From NCBI GenBank assembly GCA_024137785.1, contig JAHRHZ010000013.1, positions 12,666,707 to 12,730,706 of the forward strand: DNA of 64,000 nucleotides. Reading direction: 5' to 3'. The notes beneath the pieces were generated by a model. The model did not search any database. It was not told the origin of the DNA and saw nothing but the letters and a program-made list of their open reading frames with translations. The stretch is from Ginglymostoma cirratum (Eukaryota). A program made the position numbers and the translations under genes. Shown piece by piece: positions 27,751 to 39,330 of the stretch. Position 1 is the first letter of the stretch, and each line of letters opens with the position of its first letter.

Positions 27751-29679
27751 TTTTGATTCATTGCTGTCACATGTTCCCAGTGAAATATTTTGTTTTGAGT
27801 GCAGTATAGGCAGATCATAATATAGAAGGGCCTACAGATCATAGGGTGATTGAACAGAGTGAGGCATACAAAGTTTTAGCTGCACAGGAGGTGTGCAAAA
27901 GCAAAATCAACATTCCATTTGAAATTTAAGAGTTTCATTCAGCAGTCTAATAACAGCAGGGAAGAAGCTCTTCTTGAACCTGTTGGTGCATGTGTTTAAA
28001 TTTTCATATCTTTTACCTAACATAAGAGGTTGGAAGAGAATATAACTGGGGTGGCAGGGGTCTTTGATGATGTTGGGTGCCTTTCCATGGCAACGAGAAG
28101 TGTGAATGGAATCAATGGATGGAAAGTTGGCTTGAGTGATGGTATTGGCTGTATTCACAACTTCCTTTAGTTTCTTACGGTCCTGGGCAGAGCAGTTGCC
28201 ATTCCAAGCCATGATGCATCCACATAGAATGTTTCAATGGTGTATCTATGAAAGTTGGTGAGGGTCCTTATGGATGTGCCAAATTTCCTTAGCTTACTAA
28301 GGAAGAAGAGGCATTGTGTGCATTCTTGACTGTCGCATCTACATAGGTGGTCCAGGGCAGATTGTTGATTAAAGTCACTACTAGGAATTTGACGCTCTTG
28401 ACCCTCTCCACCTCAGCTCCATTGATGTAAATAGGGGTGTGTCCTCCTCATTTCTTCCTGAAGTCGATGATCAGCTGTTTAGTTTTGCTGACATTGAGAG
28501 AGAGATTGTTATCTTTGCACCACAACACCAAGCATTCTATCTCCTCCCCGTATTCTGACTCGTCATTGTTTGATATCCGGCCTACAACAATGGTGTTGTC
28601 AGCAAACTTATAAATGGAGTTTGGATGAAATTTGGGCACATAGTCATGTGTGTACAGGGAGTACAGAAAGGGGCTGAGTACACATTCTTGTGCAGCAATG
28701 GTGTTGACGATTATCGTGGAAGAGATGCTGTTGTCTATCTTGACTGATGGTAGTTTATGGGTCAGGAAGTTGAGGATCCAGTTGCAGAGGGTGAAGCAGA
28801 GACCTAAGTCATGGAGTTTGGAAATGAGTTTGTTTGGGATTACAGAGTTGGTAGGGCAGAGCTGTAGTTGATAGGTAGAAACCTGACGTAGCCATCCTTA
28901 TCCAGATGCTCCAGGGATGAGTATAGCGTTTGGGAAATGGCATCTAATATAGAGCTAATAGGTACTGCAGATGCTGGAGAATTCGAGATAACAAGGTGTG
29001 GAGCTGGATGAACACAGCAGGCCAAGCAGCATCATAGGAGCAGGAAAGCTTGATGCTGCTTGGCCTGCTGTGTTCATCCAGTTCCATACCTTTATATCTC
29101 TAACGTAGAGCTGTTGTGCTGGTAGGCAAATTGCAAGGGATTGAGGCAGGCTGAGAGGCTAGAATTGATGTGGTGCATGACCAACCTCTCAAAGCACTTC
29201 ATGATTATAGAGGTCAGAGTCGTTGAGGCATGTTGCATGTGCTTTCTTTTGTACTGGGATGATGGTGATCTTAGAATCATAGAGTCACAGAGACATACAC
29301 CATGGAAACAGACTCTTTTTTCCAAATCATCCATGCCGACCAGAACATCCTCTTCTTGGAACAGGTGGGAACTTCAGATTGTACCAAGGAGCTGTAGAAG
29401 ATGTCAGCAAAAACACCCTCCCAGCTGATCCACACAGGATATGAGTGCACGGCTGGAGACTTCATCTGGGCCAGTTGCTTTCCTTGGGTTCACTCTCATA
29501 GAGGCCGATCTGACGTCTGCAGCAGTAGCTGTGAGGGAACAGGTGCTTCCCGGGCTGTCGGGGCAAGTGATACTGTTCCACTGGCATTCTACTCTAACCA
29601 AGCATAAAAAGCATTGAGCAGATCAGGGATGGATGTGTTTTTGTTTGCTGTTCTGTTCTGCTTCATTTTGTATCCCATA
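27751..29679 (-). mobile_element. Decayed Rex1/Babar-type LINE 3' half
   Basis: ORF fragments [64 protein letters not shown] and TNRFKKSFFPAVIRLLN. Confidence 0.85.
28957..29098 (-). mobile_element. Penelope-like fold-back mini-insertion inside a Rex1-type RT
   Basis: 14-bp TSD TCTAATATAGAGCT / TCTAACGTAGAGCT (28943-28956 / 29099-29112, differing by a CpG decay). Inverted arms GCTGGATGAACACAGCAGGCCAAGCAGCATCA. Confidence 0.85.
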
Positions 29680-30934
29680 TGAGGAAGCTAGATCAATGTC
29701 AAGGACTTTCCATGCATAAATAAAGGGTGACTTGTTGATGGGATACCGGCCTGTATGGAGCTATTTCACTGTTGGTCAAATATTACCAGGCCAGGGATTA
29801 CAGGTACATCGGTCAGGGTGTTGTGAGACATCAGTCTGGCGGTGGGCAATGGTGAGCTGAGCTGTTGAGCCAATTCAGTGGGATGAGCCAAAGATGGCAA
29901 GTACTTCCATCTCGCTGGTCACAAGAGTCTGCAGAAATCCACCCAACAGCCCAGTTGTAGAACTATTGAGGTGAAGAGTGGAAAATTCACTTCAAGTCAT
30001 AGGAGACCAGGCACCATGAATCCGACCTGACAAACGCTGCAACTGAAAAGGGGAAGATTACATCCACAGTCACTATTGTAATGTCCAAACCAATTGATGA
30101 GACACCAATAGCAAAACACTGCCTTTGCCCTGGTTGGTCCCATATACCATCCTCGATAAGATAAATAGCATGACACTTAAGCTTTTTAAGCGAGGTCCTC
30201 AGACAATTCTGATGAAAAAATGTTATGAGTTGTCGCTGACATCTTGTAAATCTGTGTTAGAAAGTTCATGGATGAGATATAAGAATTATTTTCAAACACA
30301 ATAGTTTGGATCTTTTGATTCATAGATAGTCATTGCAGCAACGCACTCTGAAAGATGCCAAATGGGATCACTCAGGAGTTTGAACACATCAACTGTCCAA
30401 GAATTATCCAGGAAATTGAAATTTCTGATCAACAATTACCCTTTGTCTGGAGCCTTCGAAAAATTCTTTAACTCTGAGAGAGAGTTAGATGGTTCCAACT
30501 CAATTACCTGGTATTAGCCAGGAAATATTGAGGGACCACAATCTGCTCTAATTCCTGGGTAATTATAAAACTGACACCACCCCTCCTTGAGCTGACTTCC
30601 CAACATTCTGACCCGACAACCACCAAAACATACCTCACTGCCCTCCGACCAGACACAACACTCACCTCCAATTCAACACATCTCAACATATAACACCAAC
30701 ACCAACTTCACCACATGACTCCCTTAACCCACCCTATCCCCTCGAACTGTCAACCTATGCCCTCACCAAACTACTGACATATCCCCAAAATTACTGCCAC
30801 CCTCCTCATCCACTTACCTTCCAGCTTACTGCCCACCCAAGTGCTGCCTTAACCCTTTACCCACTTACTTGCCAATCTATCCCTTCATCTAAATGCCACC
30901 CTACACCCTCAACTAACTCTTACAGTGATTTTCC

Positions 30935-31240
30935 ATAGAAACATAGAAGATAGGAGCAGAAAGAGGCCACTTGGCCCTTTGAGCCTGCTCCACCATTCCT
31001 CACGATCATGGCTGATCATCCAACCCGGTAGCCTAATCCTGTTTTGATCCTATTTGCCCCAAGTACTACATCTAGCTGCCTCTTGAATACATTCAATGCT
31101 TTCGCATTAACTACTTCCTGTGATAATGAATTCCACATGCTCACCACTCTTTGGGTGAAGAAATATCTCCTCATCTCTGTCCTAAATGGTCTACCCCAAA
31201 TCCTCAAATTGTGACCTCTGGTTCTGGACACACCCACATT
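30935..31240 (-). mobile_element. CR1 LINE 3' end
   Basis: ORF SRTRGHNLRIWGRPFRTEMRRYFFTQRVVSMWNSL plus a (TTCTATG)n-type tail. Confidence 0.85.
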
Positions 31241-32269
31241 TGCTCTGTGTAACTTTTCAATGATGCATGGAACCTTGTTTAGTTACTGCAATACTGCATT
31301 TAGTGCATCGTGTGGCTTCAACCAGTGAGTCTATGCTTCAAGGATTCAGTTAGACTGAAGCTATGCTGCACATTTCGGAAGACTCCAACACAGAACTCAG
31401 GGACAGAAATCTGAAGCATGAATGCAGACTTAGATAACGGTGACTGGTGTTCTCAGAAGGTTTGGGCCAAAGTAGTCAGTCAATCTCAATCTGCAGGCGA
31501 ACACTGAAAGCTGAGCACAACTTTAAAACAATGTTTGATATCCTTAGCACTGACTTGTTATTGCTTTTCAGCTGGTCGCTGTTACGAGGGGCTGTTAAAT
31601 GAAGCACTACCCAGCAAAATGTCTTACAACCTCTTTAATAAGAATGAGCAGGTAATTTTATTTTCAATCAGCCTCTAAATGAATCCACTAGACAGCTGTT
31701 CCTAGTGTGCATTTCAGTCCCTTTACTGAGATGGCACTTTGTGCTACAGATGGTCCGAACCAGCAATGCAGCCTAAAACCTCAGTTTGATTAATTCTTTA
31801 GTTCCAAACTTATCTGGGAAAATGACACAGCGCACCCCCCAACCCACCCACCCCAGCCTCTCGACATTCAGGAATGTCAAATCTTCCCCGAAATACACAT
31901 TTCCTTTTTTAATTATTTCTGTTGCCAGGCCAAAGATGTCAGAACATAATTGAGGACAACACTAAATGCTACTATTTGATAGTAGTTATTTAATCTGGTG
32001 TGATGGATGGAATCTTACAAAATTAGCTCTTGGAGCAATAGAGGGGCAATTTCGTGATTGTGAGTCACTCTCCACATCTTAATGGTTATGGTTGTTCTTT
32101 CCCAGATCAAATGAAGCAGCAGGCCAGCTCTGGGTTCCCTCACCAATCAGCATGGACCAGTGGGATGACATCTCTGCTGCAGTGACAAAAGGCTTCAATT
32201 GACATGAAAGCCAGTCGCACTCTCAAAGGTAGAACTGTGAGCAGGAAGGAAAGAGAAAGAAGGTGGATG

Positions 32270-32445
32270 CAATATGCGCAAAAGGCTGACCCAAGCTTCA
32301 CAATCTCCTTCCTGAAGATAATGCTGCAAACTGACGGGGAAATCCTCTTCGAGATGATGGTAGGAGAAGACATCAACCTCACTAAGGAGGCTTGGGTTGA
32401 GATTCAAATGGTGGTGAACTACAACGCAGGGCCAGTGATGTAAAA
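32270..32445 (+). mobile_element. PIF/Harbinger Myb/SANT-like ORF relic
   Basis: ADPSFTISFLKIML..EILF....TKEAWVEIQMVVN resembles the AWxEIAxxVN trihelix motif. Confidence 0.4.
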
Positions 32446-33132
32446 TATTCAGTGAATTTCCTGAGGTGCAGCAAGTCTATAGCACTCAGCTGGCATCCAT
32501 CATTCTCTAATATCTGGCATCTGGATAGCACTCCTCTCACTGACATACTTTGCTGTCAAACATATTTCTTCCTCTTTTGCCTCCTCATGACATCTCCATC
32601 TCAACAGACAATGCTCACACTTATGTTCAACATTTTGGCCTCACACTCCAAGTTTTCACAATTATGGTCCTCAGATATTTTGTCTCCATACTCAGCAATC
32701 AGTTCACTTCTCACACTAGTAATTCTCTGCTTTCTCTTGTTGCAGATGACAGTCCATAATGCCAGGGAGAGGCAGAGAACTGGGACTGGAACTGGAGCCA
32801 TGATAACATTGTTTGGGGTGAAGGAAAATACCCAGGATACTGGCAGGTTGATGGCAGAGCAGGGTGTTGGCATTGGAAAGATTGGGTAGTCCAGAGACAT
32901 AGCGACAATGTTAGATTTTGCACAATCATTTGACACTTAGCTATCATTCATGTTGAAACAATGTCACCAAAGCATTAACTGTCATGCTAACTTGAACTCT
33001 ATTTACTCTACATGAAGTGCAAGTTATGTATTTCATCCCCCACAGATGCATTGGTGGAGTCAGTGCTGGAAATGAGGAACAAGGTCATGGACTCCTCAGA
33101 GAAGTACCAACACTCTGAGGAAATACTATCTT

Positions 33133-34600
33133 ATGGATAAATGCGAAGTACTGCATTTAGGTAAAACAAACAAGGACAGGACTTATACAGTTAATGGTGA
33201 GACCCAGGGTAGTGTTGTCAAACAGAGAGAACTAAGAGTTCAAGTACGTAGTTCGTTGAAAGTTGTGTCACAGGTAGAGAGGGTAGTTAAGAAGACATTT
33301 AGCATGCTTGCCTTCATTCCTTAGACTATTAAGTATAGGTTTGAGACATCATGTTAACGTTGTACAGGACATTGGTGAGGCCACTTCTGGAGTACTGCAT
33401 GCAGTTCTGGTTGCCTTGTTACAGAACTGAATTGGATTGAATTGAATTTATTGTCACATATGCTCAAATGAGCACAGTAAAAAGTTTATAAGTCACCACT
33501 TACAGCACCATCTCAGGTACAAATATACCTAGGTGCAATCCCTAATTACAGGACAAAGAAATGAAGAAAAAAAGGTTATATTATAGTCATTCACAGTATG
33601 CCCATAGGTCAGAAACAAACAAGAAGCGAAGTTAAAGAGACAAGCATCAGAGTCTCTCTCTTTCCGCAGCAGACCAGCACATGAGGCCTTTAAGTGGTCT
33701 AGCCACTGGCTACCACAATGCTCTGTGCTGTCACTATCCCCACTCTGCACGAGGCCGCTATTCCCCATCCGCACTAGGTCGCTGGCATCCCCATTCCAGC
33801 CGCTGGTCTCTAGCATCCCTCCCTCGGGTTGCTGGTGTTCCCACTCCAGCCACTGGTCGCTAGTGTACCCGCTCTGGCTGCCAGCATTACCTCTCCGGCT
33901 GCTGGAGTTCCCACTTTGGCTGCTAGCAACATGGCCAACTGCTGACCCCACTTTGGAGGCCAGGAGTCGAAGGCCAGGGCTGGGTGTCCGAGGCCAAGAG
34001 AAGGAAGGCGAGAGGGAGAAAAAAAAGAAGAATAGGTGGAACAGAGGAGCTCTAGCTGGAGCTTTCTACTCCACCACCATCTTACCAAAAGGATATTGTT
34101 AAATTGGAGAGTGTTCAGAAAAGATTTACCAGGATGTTGCTGGAACTGGAGGGTGTGAGTCATAAGGATAGGCTGGATAGACAGGGACCTTTTTTCACTG
34201 GAGCATAGGAGAGTGAGGGGTGACCTTATAGAGGTTTATAAACCCATGAAAGGCTTAGATAAAGTGAATAGCAAATGTCTTTTCCCTAAGGAGGGGAAGT
34301 TCAAGACCGGGGTCATATTTTTAACGGGAGAGAAGAAAGATTTAAAAGGGACCAGGGGGCAACATTTTACACAGAGGGCAGTTCATATGTGAAAGGAACT
34401 GCCAGAGGAAGTCATAGATGCGAGTACAGTTACATCATTTAAAAGACATTTGGATAAGTACAAAAAAAGAAAAGATTTAGAGGGATATGGGCCATATTCA
34501 GGCAAGCCAGGCTACTTTAGCTTGGGAAAGTTGTTTGGCATGAACTAGTTGGCCCGAAGGTTCTGTTGTGATGCTGTATGACTCTACAACACTATGACTC
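33133..34600 (+). mobile_element. CR1 LINE 3' end interrupted by a ~660-bp insertion
   Basis: Translates DKCEVLHLGKTN...RPLLEYCMQFW and resumes KDIVKLESVQKRFTRML after 34088. TATGACTCT tail repeats. Confidence 0.85.
33427..34087 (-). mobile_element. Short non-autonomous retroelement inserted in CR1
   Basis: Minus strand starts GGTAAGATGGTGGTGG and ends AATAAATTCAATTCAATCCAATTCA (poly(A) signal plus tandem tail). No credible ORF. Confidence 0.6.
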
Positions 34601-36397
34601 TTTAAGTCCAGTACCTTTTGTCGGAACCACCAATAGCTGGGAAAGTGAGGTATTTATGCTGATGATGGTGTGGAGTGAGTGAAAAGTGTACATGGGGACA
34701 GTCTGTCTGTGCATCAGACCATACACAGTGAATTTTTGGATTCTTGTCAAAGTTGTTTATTGTAAAACGTACTTTTGGAAATAACCTCTTCTTTGTCAGA
34801 ATGTTATATTCTTTCCACTTTCACCACAGAGACAGATAAAATCTGTTACAGTCATAAAGGGCTTACTGATAACATCCCACCTAGGCAATGAGGCTGATAA
34901 TTTTTGAGCAAATAATCTCCACCTCTTGAATTACTGAGTTTAGGAAAATCAAAGCTTCAGTCTTTTCTGATCTGACCTACAGGTAGGTCATTATTGACTA
35001 TAATGTGATGCTTTACCTTAGTTCTCAATCATACAATGTTTTTCTTCCCAAATTAGATATTTTTGTACTGTTTTCACTTTTGATATTTTAAGAAATAACC
35101 ATCTCAATCAATTACACTCAATTCGTTTCCAACAAATCCAAACATTAAACACAGAAAATTTCACATTAATGGAATGGTCTAACAGAATGTTTCAGTTCCT
35201 ATGAGTCTTTTCAAGTGTTTACTTTTTTCAATTTCCCATTGATGAACTCTCCAATTGTACCTCCCTTCCTTTATCACCAATTAACTGTTGTTGACAAGTA
35301 GCTTTTCTTCTTTCCAGATTTTGCTGCATTCTGCAAAGTAATGGAACAAATGCATGTGGTTAGTTTTGAGTCTGTGCTACCAATGCTTTTGCTAACTTGC
35401 TGCCTTGTCACCAATAGCACAAATTGGCAACTCAAACACACTTATCCCACCGAATAGATTTTTTTTGTTGATCTCAGGGAACAAAGTTTTTCTGTCTAAG
35501 CAGTTTGAATGGATCTCCCACAGCTGCCAAAAAAACAAAAGCCGCAATTATGACTCTCAGACATCTCTATATGCTGAAAGATTGCATCTGCACAAGTACT
35601 TATCTATTACTGCTGGAACTGTGGAATTTTTTTCACAATGTACCCGTGACAGATTCCATACTGGTGACGGGCAAGGCAAAATAGAAAAATACTTATCTGG
35701 AAAAATATCAAAAGAAAATTGCAAACACTGAATGCTGACTGTACGTTTCACACTACAGCTTCTGAAAAGGCTCCTTTTCCCTCAGCCTAGGATACCCCCC
35801 TACCGTGGACGTCCTGATGGGTCCATCCCATCATGCTTTACCTATTTCTCTCACAAATATGATAGGCTCCCTCTGTGCTGTTTTATCTTTAATTATTTCC
35901 AATTTTGCTGAGGGATTGCAGATGAAACATTAACTTGCATGCTTTCCTCACACACGCTGTTCTTTTCTTTGGCTCCACTTTTGATTTGAAACACTTCTCT
36001 ACACTTGAAGTGCATGACTGCTGCCAAATTAAGCTGGCTTTGGTGCAGGGAATCCAGCAACACTAATTGAAACAGCCTATAATCCTTATTATTATGTTTA
36101 TAGCAATTGACAGTCATTACATTCCCTCCCATAAAATAAGCTTTTTGATTATTGTCACAACCACATTTCCAAATCTTTTCTGTAGAATGTTCCAGGTACA
36201 TAAACACCATTAAATAGCTTATATATTATAGCAGCTGTCATGCGCAGACATATATGCTATTGTAATCAAATGATCCAGTAACCAATTATACTCTTGTAAT
36301 TTGTTTTGATAACCACATATGGTTTCTGATTGTTGTTGCTAGATGTACAAAAACTGGAAACTGCTCAGACAATATGAAATTGACTGACCTGTGGCAT

Positions 36398-36570
36398 CAG
36401 TAGATGCAGGTACAGTTACAACATTTAAAACATTTGGACAGGTTCGTGATTAGGAAAGGTTTAGAGGGATATGGGCCAAATGCAGGCAAATGGGACTAGT
36501 TTAGTTTGGTAAACTTGGACAGCAGGGACAGGTTGGACCAAAGGGTCTGTTTCTGTACTGTATGACTCTA
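36398..36570 (+). mobile_element. CR1 3' tail fragment
   Basis: Similar to 34415-34590 (GATATGGGCCA...CTGTATGACTCTA). Confidence 0.7.
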
Positions 36571-37817
36571 TAAGATGAAAACAGGAGAAAATGACATTCA
36601 TTCATGAGAGAAAATGGCTGTATTGGGACAACTGAGAGGTACAGATTCATAAAGTTCAACTAAAACCTTCATGCTATTATAAAGCATTCTACAATCCTCG
36701 TCTGCATTACACTTGCAATATAAGTCTCTCCATCAAGCATAATCCCAGAAAGAAGCAATAGCAGACTCCTGGAATGGAGAGTCTCATTTGTACATTGTGC
36801 AAACCTGGTGCTGTGTCAAACTGATTTTAAGAAGTGCCCACAGGAGTGTCACTTTGGCCAATTTCACACTTTTTATGCTCGTGTAGAACTGAAACAGAAT
36901 GAATTCACCCAGTGCACTCTCAAAGCATTTACATTTTAACTGCAGGAAAATGATATCTTCACAAATGTCTGCCGATTTGTGCAAAGCATTGCTTTACCAA
37001 TGAGACCCAAAGATTCATTTCCACATAGTCTATAATTCAAATTGCCCCATTCTAGATATCAGTTTGCAAAAGCGACTGTAAGAAATCGGTTTGTAATGTT
37101 ACCTCATATAAAGCTTGACAATAGGAAGCACAAGTTCCATAATAAATTTACATCCATTTTTTGCTTGTTACACAGAAGTGTGGCAGTTTGCTGTATGAAT
37201 GAGCTAATGTCAGTGGAATATCTTTCCTCATCTGTACCTGCCTCATGTTTATATCCCCGCAAACTTTGCAATTTGCTGTCAATAAGCTTGCCCTCAAAAG
37301 GCCTGACAGCCAGTCTCTCCTGAAGAATCACAAACAACCTCCACCATCCCAATCCCACTTACTTGATGTGTATATTGTTTCAAATAGAAAACACTTGCTG
37401 GAACATAAGAAGTAAGAGCAGGAGCGGACTATTTTGCCCCTTGACCCTGCTCTGCCTTTCATTTAGATCATGCTTGGCCTCCTATCTCTTTTGACAGTAT
37501 TCCCATCTCCCTAGACTTCCTTAGCATTCAAAAATCCACCAGTCTCTGAGTTTAATCTACTTAATGACTGAGCATCACATTCCTCTGGGATCAGAATTCT
37601 ATAAATTCAAAACCCATCGAGTGAAGAAATGTACCTGAGTCCCAAAGAGCCAACCTATTATTCTGAGACAGTGACCTCTAATTCTGGAGGTCACATCCTC
37701 TTGGTACCTAATGTGTCCCCCCACTGGAAGAAAAATGAAACTTTAAGTGAAGTCAGAGATAACAAGCATGGGGCTGGATGAACACAGCAGGTCAAGCAGC
37801 ATCATAGGAGCAGGAAA

Positions 37818-37851
37818 CTTGACGTTTCGGGCCTAAACCCTTCATCAGAAG
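37818..37851 (-). ncRNA. Minimal type I hammerhead ribozyme motif (intact core)
   Basis: Minus strand: CUU CUGAUGA A GGGU-UUAG-GCCC GAAA CGUC AAG. Canonical CUGAUGA/GAAA core, palindromic ACGU at stem III and a GUC cleavage triplet, as in PLE minimal hammerheads. Confidence 0.7.
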
Positions 37852-37860
37852 GGTTTAGGC

Positions 37861-38260
37861 NNNNNNNNNNNNNNNNNNNNNNNNNNNNNNNNNNNNNNNN
37901 NNNNNNNNNNNNNNNNNNNNNNNNNNNNNNNNNNNNNNNNNNNNNNNNNNNNNNNNNNNNNNNNNNNNNNNNNNNNNNNNNNNNNNNNNNNNNNNNNNNN
38001 NNNNNNNNNNNNNNNNNNNNNNNNNNNNNNNNNNNNNNNNNNNNNNNNNNNNNNNNNNNNNNNNNNNNNNNNNNNNNNNNNNNNNNNNNNNNNNNNNNNN
38101 NNNNNNNNNNNNNNNNNNNNNNNNNNNNNNNNNNNNNNNNNNNNNNNNNNNNNNNNNNNNNNNNNNNNNNNNNNNNNNNNNNNNNNNNNNNNNNNNNNNN
38201 NNNNNNNNNNNNNNNNNNNNNNNNNNNNNNNNNNNNNNNNNNNNNNNNNNNNNNNNNNNN
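37861..38260. other. Assembly gap (400 N)
   Basis: Run of N characters. Confidence 1.
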
Positions 38261-38834
38261 GATGCTGCTTGACCTGCTGTGTTCATCCAGCCCCATGCTT
38301 GTTATCTCGGATTCTCCAGCATCTGCAGTACCTTTTATCTCTTTAAGTGAAGTCATCTGTCATTCTGAGAAACTCTGGGGTGTACAGAACATGTCTATGC
38401 AATCTCTTCTCCTAGAACAGCCTCTTCATTCCAGGAATCAGTCCAGAACTTCCTCTTCCCCTTCTAAGATACAAATATCCTTCCTTAAAAACAAGGAGAC
38501 ATAAACTGCACAAAGTATTGTAGCTCTGATCTCACCAAGGCCTTCTATAATTGGAGGAAGATGTTCTTATTCCTGTACCGCAATCCCTCTGTAATAAAGA
38601 CTGGCATTGCATTTGCTTTCCCAATTGCTTGCTACATCTGCGTATTATTATGATTCATGTGCACGAATACAAATCACACTGAGTACTAATATTTCGCTGC
38701 CTCTCATCATAGAAAACTTTTCTGCTTCTCCGTTTTTCTTACCATGTGGGTAGTTTCAAAAAAGCCACTATTATATATCCCACTTGCCATATTTTTCCCC
38801 ATTCACTTAATCTGTCTAAATTATTTAACAATAA

Positions 38835-39330
38835 TGTCAGAAAATGTTGGAAATGCTCAGTGGATTTGGCATCATAGTCAGAATGGAAAACAGAATTGAC
38901 ATTTCAGGTTTGTGACATTTCATTAGGTCTGGGAAAAGTTAAAAATATAATATCTTTGAGCAAGTGATAAGGGGAAACATGGGTAAAAGGGCTCTGTGAT
39001 AAAGTGGAAGACATATGATGTTGAATGGCAACGCCAAGGGGAATGGAAATAAGACAAGTAAAGGAAGAAGAGATGTGTTGAGAGGAGGTGTGAATGGTAG
39101 GATCTTGATTAACTGCTGTCCAAATGCAAAGTAAAGGATGGAAAGAAAGGACCAAGTAAAAGCCAAAATTAGCAAACGTAAGAAGTGAAGTGGAGGCAGA
39201 GATTATAACATAACATTGTTGATCTCCTCTATGCATTCTGCGGATGATAACTGCCCAGTTGAAACATGAAATACTTCCCCCAGTTTGACTGGGCTTCATT
39301 GAAACACTGAAGCATTCCAAGAGCAGAATG
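38835..39330 (-). mobile_element. Older Penelope-like pLTR/3' fragment
   Basis: Degenerate match to the same pLTR body (GAAAATGTTGGAAATGCTCAG...AATTGACATTTCAGG) plus a purine-rich 3' UTR. Confidence 0.45.

Larger units (their letters stand above)
27598..29768 (+). mobile_element. Probable solo LTR split by the Rex1-type insertion (halves 27598-27750 and 29680-29768)
   Basis: Starts TGTAGTG. The left half has CCAAT and TATAAA. The right half has AATAAA and ends in TTTCA. The halves join at a shared TGA. No TSD found. Confidence 0.5.
37756..38340 (+). mobile_element. Penelope-like fold-back mini-insertion spanning an assembly gap
   Basis: Perfect 15-bp TSD CTTTAAGTGAAGTCA (37741-37755 / 38341-38355). 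The visible inverted arms are identical. Inserted into a CR1 fragment. Confidence 0.85.
37402..38820 (-). mobile_element. Decayed CR1 3' fragment (hosts the PLE insertion and the gap)
   Basis: GAACATAAGAAGTAAGAGCAGGAG tail and degenerate ORF2 sequence. Confidence 0.65.

Noticed and set aside
37802-38356. 184-aa and 143-aa ORFs
   Set aside because: Artefacts of translating through the N gap.
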